The notes below the pieces were generated by a model, which worked only from the letters and a program-made list of their open reading frames with translations, did not search any database and had not been told where the DNA came from. A program made the position numbers and the translations under genes. A stretch of DNA of 63,895 nt, filler included, from Octopus bimaculoides (lineage: Eukaryota), in the NCBI RefSeq assembly GCF_001194135.2. It is 8 parts of 8 records of this genome, joined end to end, with 100 filler letters (N's around TTAATTAATTAA, not from the genome) between each part and the next. Parts side by side here need not be neighbours in the genome. Positions count along the whole stretch, not along the records: positions 18,002 to 31,195 come from NC_068990.1; positions 31,296 to 34,886 come from NC_068982.1; positions 34,987 to 38,414 come from NC_068985.1; 5 more parts are not named here. One strand, 5' to 3'. The first letter of the stretch is position 1. Every line of letters begins with the position of its first letter. Shown in pieces: positions 24,407 to 37,990 of this stretch.

Positions 24407-25233
24407 ATCCAATATATTCAATGAGAATAAAATGTGCTGGATTTCAGATAAGTGTTCTTGGTATGAGAAATGTCTAAAACCTTAAAGGTATTTAGAGATT
24501 CAATTGGAACGATTATATATTATGAAGTAAAAGCAGGAAAAATTGTATCAAAAAATCAGAGAAGAGATGTTCTGGAAGATGTGATGAATCCGAAACGTTA
24601 AAATATTGGATTAAATGGTAAGCCTTACATAGTTTCATCTACTTATAATCTTTGCTCAGAATCTTATAAAATGTGACTTTTCTTTCAACCCCTTCTCCAC
24701 TCCGTGATCGATTAAAATAAATACCAGTCATATACTGGAATCGATTGAATGAATTCTTCAACCCATTCTTCTTCAGAACATTTGATGGTCTGTACTCATC
24801 TAAGAAATCGTTATTTCACATGTTGATGCGAAAGCCTACTTGGGTGATTTATATCCTTAAAGCAAAAGAGCATCTGAGAGAAGTAAGACAAAGCTCTATG
24901 GCAAAACGAAATTCTTACTTTGTTGCTAATGGATAATCAACGTTGTCTAAAAGAAAAACACAGTTTTGATGAAGGAATCTTGTTGCAGACTGTGACCGAT
25001 ATTCTACGGTAGACTGGGAGTGTGATTGTTTGAAGTGTCCAAATATATTTCAATATATTCAATAGATTTCACGAAAATAATTTAATGATAGTAAAATAAA
25101 TAAATAGACAAATAGATAAATGAGTAAAAGCGGATAGAGTTAAACAAAACAAGAAATTTCAAGAAATAAGAAGATAATGCTGTTTAGACGCGTCGGGGCA
25201 GTCCCGAGATGATTAAATATGACGTTCATACAT

Positions 25234-25351
<118 letters not shown>

Positions 25352-25503
25352 GTGTGTGTGTATATATGCGCTCGCGTGTGTATGTATTATTTATGTACGC
25401 CACACTCAGAAATATAGCCGACTGTATAAGTGCATGCATTATTTTATATGAATATTAAAATATATCAGACTCTCCACAAGCTTTCCTCTCTCTCTTTCTC
25501 TCT

Positions 25504-25556
<53 letters not shown>

Positions 25557-27987
25557 GCGCGTCCGCATATATTCCAGGAAGATTAAGTTATGTGTTGGCT
25601 GTGTTTACCAAAAAAGAACTCATGTAAATCAGAAAGAAGAAGAAAAAAAACCAAAAAATAGAAAAAGAAAGGAAAAGAGGAGGAGGAGGAAAAATCCTAA
25701 TACATGAAATATGAATAGATTCAGACCAAAAGTAATGAGGCGGAGGTTTGGTTGTGATGAGGTTTTAACATTCAAAACAACAAACATCGTCATCAAATTG
25801 TACAAATGTCAAATGCGATGCATTTCTCCCCATCCTTTCTCTATTTTTCTTTTATTACCTCTTTTTCTCTCTTTCTCTGTTTATCACTATGTCTGTCTCT
25901 TCTGCACTCTTCCTTCCTTTCTTTTTTTCTTTCTCTGTTTCTCCATTTTTGTTTTTTTGCATACTCATACAGTTAGATATACACACTTTCTGTCTGGGAT
26001 TAGAAAAAAGAAAGAAAAAAAAAAAATAAAAAACAAGAAAAAAAAAAAGGAAATAGATTTGCAAAATTCCCAAAGACTTAGTTTCCCTTTGAAGAAGTTA
26101 GTCATCTAACGACTTCAAAAGATTATCTAAAGTTGGCACAAAACACAATATCTGATATTTACTTAGTAAAAGTCTGTAACAAAAGTGGCGATGCTTATAA
26201 AAACAGCAACATGGCGCCTCGGAGATATTGGACGATCAATGTTTGGGATTAGAAAGGTAAAGTTATTGGGGAATGGCGTTAAAGATGCATTAAACAAATC
26301 TATTAAACGTTAAGAAAATAATTCTATAGAGTTTTTATTATTTATTTAATTTAATTTTTTTCTTTAGTTCCGTAATCCATGTATCTAAGGACCCCTTGAT
26401 GTCGTATATATTTGCAAACTATAACCACAGAAGAAAGTTAACTTTTGCATTGTAAGTTAACAAAACTCTCATCAATTTTGTGTTATTAATGAAAGGTAAA
26501 GATTTGGTTTTTCCTCGACTGGTCAGATGGATGCGACCATTGCTCACCTTGAATATTTGTTTGTCAATGTCTTCTGGAAAAAAAACAAAACAAAATAACT
26601 TGGACAGGAGGATCTCAGGAGTCTTGTCTGAAGGATTGAAACAGAGTGGACTGTGCAAAAGGCACACACGGACCAGTTGGTGGTGTTCCACTAGGCTCCC
26701 CTTAGTTGATGATAGTTGATACTACCATATGGTATCTACGTATTTGCAGTTAGGTCAACTAGGCCAGTTGTGAATAAACTATTCTGGGAAGTAGACCTCA
26801 TTCGGTACCTGTATTAATAGGTAGATTTAATGAAGTACTTGTAATAATAGGTAGATTTAATGAAGTAGCTGTGGCTAGATACATACTTCGCGTCCCTTAG
26901 ATGGGAGTTCAACACTTTCATTAATTCAGTTGTCGGCAATTCTTCAGTTTTTGGTTCTTTTATTATATTTTGTGTGTGTGTGTGTGTGTGTGTTGTATGT
27001 GTGTTGTGTGTGTGTGTGTGTGTGTTTGCATGTGTGTGAAGGTTATTCTTCGTTGTTTCATTCTTAGATTGAAAACCATTCTGTAGAGTTCCAACTCATC
27101 GAGGTATTACTAAGTAATTACTTGTGTAATTACCAACGAAACTCATTATTAGGACATCCAACCAATTATCAGACGTATCGATTGTTGTTGGAGTCTATTG
27201 ATTCAACCGGAATCAATTCTAAGAACAATTTTCGCACAATTCATTAATTCACACAACAAACCAGACAAAGAGAACATAAGCTATTATGAATCATTCTAAA
27301 CAGAAACCAGTGAAAACAAAACAAAACAAAACCCCATACAACATCCACAACACAGCAATAATGTTAGATAACATTAAGTGTATTATATAAAATGATAATA
27401 CACACACGAACATACATGTGTTTGTGTGTGTGTGTTTCTGTGTTTGTGTATGTGTGTGTGCTTGCGGGCTGTCGGAATCGTTAGCATGCTTTTCATCCTT
27501 TTGGGGTCAATAAAATAAGTACCAGTAGATCACTGGGGTCGATATAATCAATTTACCCCTCCCTTGACTTTGCTGGCCTTGTGCCAAAATTTGAAACCAA
27601 TATTGTCTTATTTCTGTACCGGATTAATTTTATAGAGAAATCATATAATTGGTTGGATAAACTTTGATATGGCCCCTGAACGATGAAAGTTTAAGTGGAC
27701 CTCGATAGCACTTGAACACAGGACTGGATGGGATGAAAGTAAGGCAACAGATAAGATGGTGTACCGTCTCTACTAAGTGGTTGCCCTTTATTACGTTAAA
27801 ATACTCTCAAAATAGAAATAACCTTATAATCTTTAAAGGTTCCTTAGGTTCCTACAAAAGCTTCATCTTCTTGGAACGTGAAGAAAAATTAATTTGGCAG
27901 AATTCATTATTCATAGAGGAAACGAATCCAAATGGAACACTTTCTGGAGGCAGCGTTCCAGGAGTTTATCATCCCTCCACAGGGATC

Positions 27988-28137
27988 TCTCTCTCCACCC
28001 CCCTCTCTCTCCACCCCCTCTCTCTCCACCCCCTCTCTCTCCACCCTNNNNNNNNNNTCTCTCTCCACCCCCTCTCTCTCCACCCCCTCTCTCTCCACCC
28101 TCTCTCTCCACCCCCTCTCTCCACCCCCTCTCTCTCC
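27988..28137. repeat. (CTCTCTCCACCCC)-type 13-14 bp minisatellite
   Basis: Direct inspection. Contains a 10-N gap. Confidence 0.9.
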
Positions 28138-28204
28138 ATATACACACGCGCACGTACATATACTCATACACACATACATTACTATATCAGTATACGGAAT
28201 AAAC

Positions 28205-28467
28205 CATCGGATGTTGTTATATACCGCTGGTCACGATGCACTTCCTCGCATTGCTTTAGCTTTCAATTGATGCAAGCAAGCAGACCGCTCCACATTCCAT
28301 CTGAACGGGAGTGATAGTCATTCGCAAGGTTTCGCATCTACAGTCGAGTGGACTGGACCAACTTGAAATTAAGTGTTTTGCTCAAGAACACAACGCTCAG
28401 CCGGTCTGGGTCTCGAAACCACGATCTTGCGATCGTGAGTGCAGCACCTTAAACACTAAGCCATGCG

Positions 28468-28469
<2 letters not shown>
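28205..28469 (-). mobile_element. tRNA-derived SINE
   Basis: Minus-strand A box tggcttagtgtttaagg, B box ggtttcgagaccc, and conserved core gcgttgtgttcttgagcaaaacact. Confidence 0.8.
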
Positions 28470-28518
<49 letters not shown>

Positions 28519-29057
28519 ACATAATCCGATTTTTTATCCATTTTAAATTACATTTATGGCAAGTTAATTTGGGTTCCCTTGACGACAATGTAACCTTCAT
28601 TTAACTAAGACATATTCGGCCTAATGAGCAGCTAGCGGAGTACCGCTCGTTGACTAATTATTACTTCCAAGGATCTGCTAGCTAGGAAACATATGTAGCC
28701 TGGATTTTTATCCACTACATTCCCCAAATCTAGTTGCTAACCGCGAATTATGAAATCCCTTTTTTGAGCTTATCGAACTTCGATATGAGAAAAACCTACA
28801 ACCTTCGATGTCAATAAAATATTATTGTACCTGAAAGTTGCTTTTTTATACCTTCTACGGAATGCTTGAAGCTTACTAAATTCCTACACCTGAATCCTTG
28901 GATCTTACAATCACATATCATTTTACACAGACACACACTCACACGCATGCATGCATGTATGTATGTATGTATGTATGTATGTATGTATGTACGTATGTAT
29001 GTATGTATGTATGTATGTATGTATTCATGTATGTATGTATGTATGTATGTATGAAAT

Positions 29058-30211
29058 AGTGGAGGCGCAATCGCCCAGTGGTTAGGGCAGCGGACTCGTA
29101 GTCATAGGATCGCCGTTTCGATTCCCAGACCGGTCGTTGTGAGTGTTTATTGAGCGAAAAACACCTAAAGTTCCACGAGGCTCCAGCGGGGGATGGTGGC
29201 GAACCCTGCTGTACTCTTTCACCACAACCTCCTCTCACTCTTACTTCCTGTTTCTGTTGTGCCTGTAATTCAAAGGGTCAGCCTTGTCACACTGTGTCAC
29301 GCTGAATATCCCCGAGAACTACGTTAAGGGTNNNNNNNNNNNNNNNNNNNNNNNNNNNNNNNNNNNNNNNNNNNNNNNNNNNNNNNNNNNNNNNNNNNNN
29401 NNNNNNNNNNNNNNNNNNNNNNNNNNNNNNNNNNNNNNNNNNNNNNNNNNNNNNNNNNNNNNNNNNNNNNNNNNNNNNNNNNNNNNNNNNNNNNNNNNNN
29501 NNNNNNNNNNNNNNNNNNNNNNNNNNNNNNNNNNNNNNNNNNNNNNNNNNNNNNNNNNNNNNNNNNNNNNNNNNNNNNNNNNNNNNNNNNNNNNNNNNNN
29601 NNNNNNNNNNNNNNNNNNNNNNNNNNNNNNNNNNNNNNNNNNNNNNNNNNNNNNNNNNNNNNNNNNNNNNNNNNNNNNNNNNNNNNNNNNNNNNNNNNNN
29701 NNNNNNNNNNNNNNNNNNNNNNNNNNNNNNNNNNNNNNNNNNNNNNNNNNNNNNNNNNNNNNNNNNNNNNNNNNNNNNNNNNNNNNNNNNNNNNNNNNNN
29801 NNNNNNNNNNNNNNNNNNNNNNNNNNNNNNNNNNNNNNNNNNNNNNNNNNNNNNNNNNNNNNNNNNNNNNNNNNNNNNNNNNNNNNNNNNNNNNNNNNNN
29901 NNNNNNNNNNNNNNNNNNNNNNNNNNNNNNNNNNNNNNNNNNNNNNNNNNNNNNNNNNNNNNNNNNNNNNNNNNNNNNNNNNNNNNNNNNNNNNNNNNNN
30001 NNNNNNNNNNNNNNNNNNNNNNNNNNNNNNNNNNNNNNNNNNNNNNNNNNNNNNNNNNNNNNNNNNNNNNNNNNNNNNNNNNNNNNNNNNNNNNNNNNNN
30101 NNNNNNNNNNNNNNNNNNNNNNNNNNNNNNNNNNNNNNNNNNNNNNNNNNNNNNNNNNNNNNNNNNNNNNNNNNNNNNNNNNNNNNNNNNNNNNNNNNNN
30201 NNNNNNNNNNC

Positions 30212-30288
<77 letters not shown>
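29058..30288 (+). mobile_element. tRNA-derived SINE (same family as 55027-55418) whose 3' part is in an N gap, ending in (CAA)n
   Basis: 29058-29331 is nearly identical to 55027-55297. A (caa)n tract lies at 30211-30288. Confidence 0.85.
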
Positions 30289-30289
<1 letters not shown>

Positions 30290-30544
30290 TATGATCAGTG
30301 ACACTTATGGAGCACTGGAGACATATTGTAACTATTAACACAAAAAATAAATAAAATGGAAGATACTAGACTAGCATGGATGGAAGGCTTTTGATTATGG
30401 AGGTCTGTTCGATCAGGGCTGATATAGAGCTAAACGACAGCAAAATCTTCATTAATATCATCAGCAACAACATCAACATCAAAAACCAGATAAACGATAA
30501 ACGAGGTACAAGTTCTTACAGTCAACTACATCGGATTGGATTGG

Positions 30545-30870
30545 ACCTCTCTACTGGTAATCCGTCGGTTACGACGACGAGGCTTCCAGTTGATCCGATC
30601 GATGGAACAGCCTGCTCGTGAAATTAACGTACAAGTGGCTGAGCACTCTACAGACACGAGTACCCTTAATCTCAGGGAGATTCAACGTAATACAGAATGT
30701 GACAAAGCTGACCCATTTGAAATACGGGTACATCTGATTTTTGCCAACAGAACGCACTGGAGTAACGTGAAATAAAGTGTCTTGCTCAACGACGCAACGC
30801 GTCGCCAGGAATCGAACTCACGACCTTAAGATCTTGAGTCGAAAACCGTCACCACTAAGCTACATGCTTT
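30545..30870 (-). mobile_element. tRNA-derived SINE with the 28.2-kb-type head and core and the 55-kb-type tail
   Basis: Head gcatgtagcttagtggt...gagttcgattcc, core gttgagcaagacactttatttcac, tail gggtcagctttgtcac...cggatcaactggaagcctcgtcgtcgtaaccgacgg. Confidence 0.8.
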
Positions 30871-30894
30871 CACCGGATTGGACCCCTATTTATT

Positions 30895-31025
30895 TCAAAA
30901 CAGGCTAAGAGGTTCCCCATTTGAAGACAGGCTAAGGAAAATGCTACTTGAAGACAGGCTAAGAGGTCACTTAATTATTTGAGGAAAGACCAAGTAACAC
31001 TTCATTTGAAGACAGGCCAAATGGA
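30895..31025 (+). repeat. ~28-bp minisatellite (ttgaagacaggctaag) in 4-5 degenerate copies
   Basis: The acaggctaag / acaggccaa core recurs at ~30900, 30927, 30955 and 31012. Confidence 0.75.
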
Positions 31026-31132
31026 CCCTTATTAAATGTGAAATGAAACCAGAGCACATTGAGAATAGGGATCAGATAACCTCTATCCTTTAGTTAAGTA
31101 ATGTAGCAGCCGAGTCAAACCCACCGCCCTAA

Positions 31133-31175
<43 letters not shown>

Positions 31176-31959
31176 ACCACCACCACCACCACCACNNNNN
31201 NNNNNNNNNNNNNNNNNNNNNNNNNNNNNNNNNNNNNNNTTAATTAATTAANNNNNNNNNNNNNNNNNNNNNNNNNNNNNNNNNNNNNNNNNNNNACACA
31301 CACACACACACACATACTGACTCTTGACACACCATTCAAAAATTTGACGTACTATTCTATGGATATCCTTGAGAATGCATATTGTATACAATGTAGTTGA
31401 AGCGACCTTTTATAACATTCATCTCTATCTCTCTTCTTTGCCCTCTTTTCCCCCACCATCTCTCTCACTCATCTTTGACATATGAGCTGATGCAGGTGAT
31501 AGCCGGAACAGGAGTGTGGTTTGTCTTAAAAGAGAAACTTTATAAAAGCTAAAGGTTTGACAAATCTAGCATAAAATCTATTGAAATATAAGCCTGAATG
31601 AAAGATTTCATATTTGAAGAGATGTCAAATCATTCCAAATACTATATATTGCAAATGAAAAAATATAACACACACAAAAAAAAAACAATAGTATACAGCT
31701 TGGTCATCGCTGCCCGACCACGGCTGTAATATGGGCGAAACTCTTTGCATAAACGTAGAAAAACATTTCTCAATACACAATTTAAGAAACACGCTCCTAT
31801 TACAGAAAAAAAATGTTATTCTAATGAAATAATATACCATATGCATGTGTGTGTGTGTGTACACTTTTCCTTTGTTTACATTTAACACGGAAAAAATATA
31901 TAAACAGTTACCAGAGCGGCAAAAAATCACACAAGTAATAAGGACGTAACACCTTGTTT

Positions 31960-33760
31960 TTAAAGCTAGAAACTCCGGGTTTATGTGAAATATTTTGTAT
32001 AATATATATAAACAAATGAATAGAGTTAAACGCAAGTTTTTATTCAAATTCTTTTACTTCCGACACATGTTTCGAAGACAACATTGGTATTATTCCAAAT
32101 GAATAAAATGGTGTAAAACAATGAATCTTCTCTTCAGGGAAATAAAGAAATAAAACAAACTCGTCAATAAGACATTTTAACAGAATATGATGGATATGTA
32201 TAATGATAAACGGAACGCTATTAATTTTTTTTAAAAACGTTAGAGGACATAACGTCAAAGGTAGCCTATAGAAAGAGGAAGGGTAAAGGAAAGAAATAAG
32301 CAGAAACCAAATAAATGAAAAATACAGAACGATATGTCAATTAAATAAAAGCCTAATGTCTTGGAAAAAGATATATCTAGTGGAAGTGAAATGAAAGAAG
32401 AAAATCAATGTTCAAATTATATATAATGGTAGATATCACATATGAACTAAATATATGTTTCTGCCAATGTTTACATCGATAAGCACGCTCTATAGCCTTG
32501 TTTACAAGGGGAGTCTTAGAAAAAGAATAAAAAATAGTTCACAATTACAGAGTTGACAAAATTCTTTGCCTTTATCATATGGGAATGAAATGGAAAGTAT
32601 TAACCAATCTAAATTAAATTGTTTATTATGGTCTTTTAAAATACCAAATTAATTTACTAAGCCCTGTATTGTTACGATTATTACTATCCCTAAATGTAGA
32701 GTAATGATTAGAAATTCTTTTAGATAACTGAGAAGAAGAATTACCTATATAAAAAAAGACATCGTTACCTTAAGTAATTTTACACTGGTATATAGAGTTT
32801 CTAATCTTAGAATTACCAGACATAAACTCAATTCTTTTGGAATTGACTTCAGAGACAATAACCTTGTTATTAATACTTCTAGGAGGATGGTTGGTATTAG
32901 CTAAATTTATGTTAGTATTAGTAAATGAATTCTTATTTAACAAACTAATATTATGTGAGGAGATAATTTATAAGAGATTTTTTGTGTTGGAAAAACCAAT
33001 CCTAACTGTGTACGAGTTGATAATAGAGTAATACCTAGAATTCTTTGGAAAATTTCTAATAATAGCTTCCCAAAACTGGAGAGGTAGATTTGATTTAATT
33101 TGCCACCCATAAGGAATAATCAACCAAATAGATTTGCTATTAGTTGCCTTATTTTTAGTGTAACTATCTTTAAAAGACATCGATTTACCTTTAGAATTAA
33201 AAAGGGGTTTAAATTACGGTTATCTCCCGTCCTCTCTTTGGTGCTGGCGTATAAATTAAAATTGATATCGTTTATATCCTTACAACTAGATTTCATGTTT
33301 CCATTATTAAAAGTAGAATAAAATTGAATAGAATTAATGTAGGTAACCTTATCTGCATAACCTGCTTTAAGTAAAACAGGGTTACAAAATTCAGAATTGT
33401 CGTTGAAAATGTCAACATTAACAGATAACTTAGACAATCTAAGTGAAATGTTCTTAACTAAGTTCTTAGTGACTGCCCTAGAATGATTACTGAATTGACT
33501 AATATACTTTTGATGGTTTGTGGTATGGGAAGTACGAATCATTGTGTAAGTTAAGTGTGCTATCTAAAAAGTTGGCTTTCGTTACATCATCATCAAAAAC
33601 GATGCCTGTACTTGTCCCACCATTCCATATTCTCCACTCATTTAAATACGTAAGCATGACATTTTTTATATATCCATCACTCTGTAAGAATCAAAAAGTG
33701 TCAAGAAAGTGATTTTATGATGAAGGGGATATGGTCCGCATAGTTTGTAAATTTTCTTAT
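31960..33760 (-). mobile_element. Penelope-like element, decayed: RT thumb, GIY-YIG and 3' terminus with hammerhead
   Basis: TTNHQKYISQFSNHSRAV...ISLRLSKLS...LLKAGY; NFPKNSRYYSIINSYTVRIGFSN; YIGNSSSQLSKRISNHYSTF...TGLSKLIW...CQLCN. Confidence 0.8.
32052..32146 (-). ncRNA. Type I hammerhead ribozyme, apparently intact
   Basis: 5'-tttatttcc CUGAAGA gaaga[long loop]tcttc GAAA c-atgt-g UC/ ggaagtaaa-3'. Stem I is 9 bp (one G-U), stem II is 5 bp plus a cattg/caatg extension, stem III is short with palindromic ACATGT, and the cleavage triplet is GUC. Confidence 0.8.
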
Positions 33761-34797
33761 TAATTTTTCTACCAGGACATGAACTCTGGAAACGGTCGTA
33801 GAAAGTGGACTTCCTCGAACTGTATTATATACTTTATATACCATTTATATATTTAAAAAAAACACATCGAATTCTATGAATCTTTTAACTGATATTCTTT
33901 ACCGCTCTTTAGTACAGAAAATAATTTTATAATTTCTCTTTTTCTCACATTTCCTTCCATACGTATCCCACATGGTTTTTATTTACATGTANNNNNNNNN
34001 NNNNNNNNNNNNNNNNNNNNNNNNNNNNNNNNNNNNNNNNNNNNNNNNNNNNNNNNNNNNNNNNNNNNNNNNNNNNNNNNNNNNNNNNNNNNNNNNNNNN
34101 NNNNNNNNNNNNNNNNNNNNNNNNNNNNNNNNNNNNNNNNNNNNNNNNNNNNNNNNNNNNNNNNNNNNNNNNNNNNNNNNNNNNNNNNNNNNNNNNNNNN
34201 NNNNNNNNNNNNNNNNNNNNNNNNNNNNATATATATATATATATATAAACGACGGGCTTCTTTCAGTTTCCGTTTACCAAGGCTATAGCGGAAGACAGTT
34301 GCCCAAGATACCACGCAGTGAGACTGAAACCGAACCATGTGGTTGGGAAGCCAGCTTCTTACTATACACCCACGCATGTGCTTATAATGAAGTTTCACAA
34401 ACTGTTTTACTATAATAGCTTCGTCGCTACGTATTTTGTAGCGTTTATAAAACCAGCGGGAAAAACCTGGATATCACAATATTTAATTTTCATCAATGAA
34501 GCTATATAAAAATTTTATCGTTAGTTTATGCTTTACTTTCTTTTTCTAAAATATTAGACGTTAAATAATCCCATATCCTGGATCGTAGATTTGTTCAAGT
34601 GTTTCAAAACGCCCACAAGTTTAGTCACTTTTCAATTACTTTAAAGTTATTAATTCATTCAAATCCGGTACAAAGAATTTGTTTTGTTTAGTTCATGTTT
34701 GTGTTTATGCTTATCGTTTATACTCAGTGAGTGTGTATGTGTGTGTGTATGTGTGCGTGGTTCGTATCATTTCCTGTTTTATACGTTTATATATATG

Positions 34798-34886
<89 letters not shown>

Positions 34887-35997
34887 NNNNNNNNNNNNNN
34901 NNNNNNNNNNNNNNNNNNNNNNNNNNNNNNTTAATTAATTAANNNNNNNNNNNNNNNNNNNNNNNNNNNNNNNNNNNNNNNNNNNNGGAGAAGAGCCATG
35001 CGAGGAACGTGAAAATCACGGTGGTGCACCAGCATGACCGCAGCCACGTGGCTGAGACACATAAATAAAGAAATAAATAAAATATATATGCATACATACA
35101 TACATACATACACATATACATATAAATGTATATATTTATAACACACGTCACATATATGTATGTCTACGATTTTGTGTGTACGTATAAACTCACATCTTCA
35201 TGCATGCACACACATACACACACTCACACACACCTACACACACATACATATATATGTGTGTATATATGTATGTATGTTTTTATGTATGTATGTATTATGT
35301 ATGTATGTATGTATGTATGTATCTATGTATGTATGTATGTGTGTGTGTGTGTATGTATGTATAACATCGTCCGTGTGTGCGTACTTCTTTGCATATTTGT
35401 ATATACTCAAATATTTCAAGCATATACACATATATCATTAATACATTAAGCTGTAATATTTCTCGAAATATTATTTAAAGCACATTACAATATTAAATGC
35501 AATTGACTCCAAAATTGGATATTTAGACAGTTTATCTTGATTTTAATTTTTACCTTATTCCTTGTTAAGTCATTTAGTTCACAATAATAACATACAGAAC
35601 ATTACATTTTTATAGATATTCCCCGATCGATATGAAAAAAAAGCATTAAATATCTTTTGTCTGCGCATGCGCGTTTGTGTTTGGATGCGTGAATTAACTT
35701 TATTTCCACATACAAACCTTAGTAAATACAGTTAATGGATATAATGCGTTTTAAGTAAGTATTTATAGTTATATATATATATATATNNNNNNNNNNNNNN
35801 NNNNNNNNNNNNNNNNNNNNNNNNNNNNNNNNNNNNNNNNNNNNNNNNNNNNNNNNNNNNNNNNNNNNNNNNNNNNNNNNNNNNNNNNNNNNNNNNNNNN
35901 NNNNNNNNNNNNNNNNNNNNNNNNNNNNNNNNNNNNNNNNNNNNNNNNNNNNNNNNNNNNNNNAGAGATAGAGAGAGAGAGATAGAGAGAGAGAGAA

Positions 35998-36522
35998 AGA
36001 GGGGGCATAAAGTCACGGTGCAATGCTACAAGATTACTTCATTCCTAAGCTTAGACAATTAGAATTGATAGAGAAAACAGTTTTTCAAAAAGATGTTCAC
36101 TTTGCTCTGCGAGTTAAGCAGTTTCTAAATGAGAAATTCCTTAAGAGACAGATAGGAAGATGTGGACCATATTTTGGGCCTCCTGGTCCACCAGATTGGA
36201 CATTGGATCTCTTTTTATGGGGGACACGTGAATATTATTGTTTATTCAACTAAGCCTTAATCTTTAGAAGACTTGAAAGCAAGGATAACTTATGTGATTG
36301 AAGGTGTTACTGAAAATCAGCTGGAAAATATTTTTCAAGAACTACAGAATCATATTTCTCTTTGGGTCAGTAATGATGGCGGACATGTTGAAAATTAACA
36401 AGGTATCCAAAATATTTAGGCCTTTTTCTTTCTTATCCTTTATACAGATTACTTCTATCATGTATAGTAACCAAGATACAAATATTTTAACTTACACCCT
36501 GACTTTATGGACACCCTGTATA
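35998..36522 (+). mobile_element. Internally deleted Tc1/mariner-superfamily element (maT/DD37D-like TIRs)
   Basis: MLQDYFIPKL...FQKD...VKQFLNEKF..RQIGRCG...PD..LDLFLWG, ending GGHVEN*. The right TIR gactttatggacaccctgTA has a degenerate left partner, ggggcataaagtcacggtgc. Confidence 0.75.
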
Positions 36523-36724
36523 TATATATATGTATGTGTATGCGTTTTTGTGTGTATGTATATATGTACGTACGTATACATACATACATACATACATACA
36601 TACATACATACATACATACATACACACATGCATACACATACGGTTGTTTTTTTTATAGCTACTATCGACTACTCGAAGCGTACTAACTTCCTAAACCCTT
36701 GGATCCTACAATTATCTTACAATT

Positions 36725-37990
36725 ACAGGCAGGAGCTGCCTGGCCCATCTCCTACAGCACTATGACTGTGTGTTGAGACAGTTACTCGACAACGCAAATG
36801 TGGACGTAATATACCTTGACTTTGCAGAAGCTTTTGATAAGATTGATCATCGTATATGCCACAAACTGTATGATCTTGGCATAGCTGGAAAATTTGGAGA
36901 GTGGTTACATGACTTTCTGAAAGATAGAAGTCAAGCAGTGGTGAACAATGGAGCCACCTCAAAGAAAACACATATAGTGAATGGTGTTCGACAGGACACT
37001 GGCTTGAGATCACTGCTTTTCATAGTGGCTCGCTCAGATATACCCTCAGCTGGCCAGAGAGCCTCCCTTGCTTGCTATGCAGACGATACGAAAGTCTCAA
37101 AGAAAATACTAAACCGTAATGATGCTGCACACCTGCAGCAGAAGTTGGATGCAATTTACAAATGGGCTCAGGACAATAATATGCAGTTTATCGCTAGAAA
37201 ATTCCAAGCTCTGCGCTGCTAACACCCAAAACTGAACGAAAATCTTACAGGGTTCACTGGCCCAGGAGGGATTACAATAACAGAACCTAAATCAGTGCGG
37301 GACCTGGGTATCGACATGAGTGATGATACCTCTTTCCAAGTGCACATTACCAAGATGGTGAGAAAGTGAATACAGCTGGCTGGCTGGATCCTGAGAACCT
37401 TCAGAGCCAAAGGGAAGTAGACCGTGATGGTCCGCTGGAGGACATTCGATCTCAACTGCCTGGACTACTGCTTCCAACTATGGTCACCCTACAGTGTAAC
37501 ATTAACAGGAGACCTTGAAACAATCTAGCGAAGCTTCACAAAGAATATCATCTTATCCCAACAGCACAGCTACTAGGAAAAGGCTGAAACATCTAAGACT
37601 CTACTCTTTGGAGCGAAGGCGGGAGAGATATGCAGTAATATACCTCTGGAAGATCCTGGAAGGGATTGTGCCAAATTTTAGCATTGAAAGCTACATAGAT
37701 GCCAGAACGGGTCGCCACTGCACAGTGCCAAGGATCCCAGCAAACCGTCGCGCTTCAGGACCAATTACTGCAACAGTCTGAGTTTCAAGGGCCCACAGCT
37801 TTTTAATATTCTCTCACAGAGCCTGAGACACCTACACAAAGTGGATGTAGATGTTTTCAAAACAAAACTGGATCTATTCTTGTCGAGAGTCCCAGATGAA
37901 CCCACCTCATGATAGGAGGCGCAAATGCGGGAAGCGACAACAAGCTCTCTTATTCACCAAATGGCACATATCAGAGGAGGCATTCAATAA
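36725..37990 (+). mobile_element. CR1/L2-like LINE, 5'-truncated, RT to 3' end, with stops and frameshifts
   Basis: GRSCLAHLLQHYD...VDVIYLDFAEAFDKIDH, NGVRQDT...SLLF, YADDTK, VRDLGI, LRLYSLERRRERYAVIYLWKILEG. Confidence 0.9.

Noticed and set aside
24570-24606. ctggaagatgtgatgaatccgaaacgttaaaat as a hammerhead
   Set aside because: There is an extra G in the core, no stem II and a weak stem I.
26419-26719. ORFs with a SPLCF…TPEILLS motif suggesting a LINE zinc knuckle or a host exon
   Set aside because: Too short and degenerate to assign.
29058-29135. tRNA gene-like sequence (also 55027, 28400-28469, 30790-30870)
   Set aside because: A/B boxes continue into SINE bodies and no complete cloverleaf is supported.
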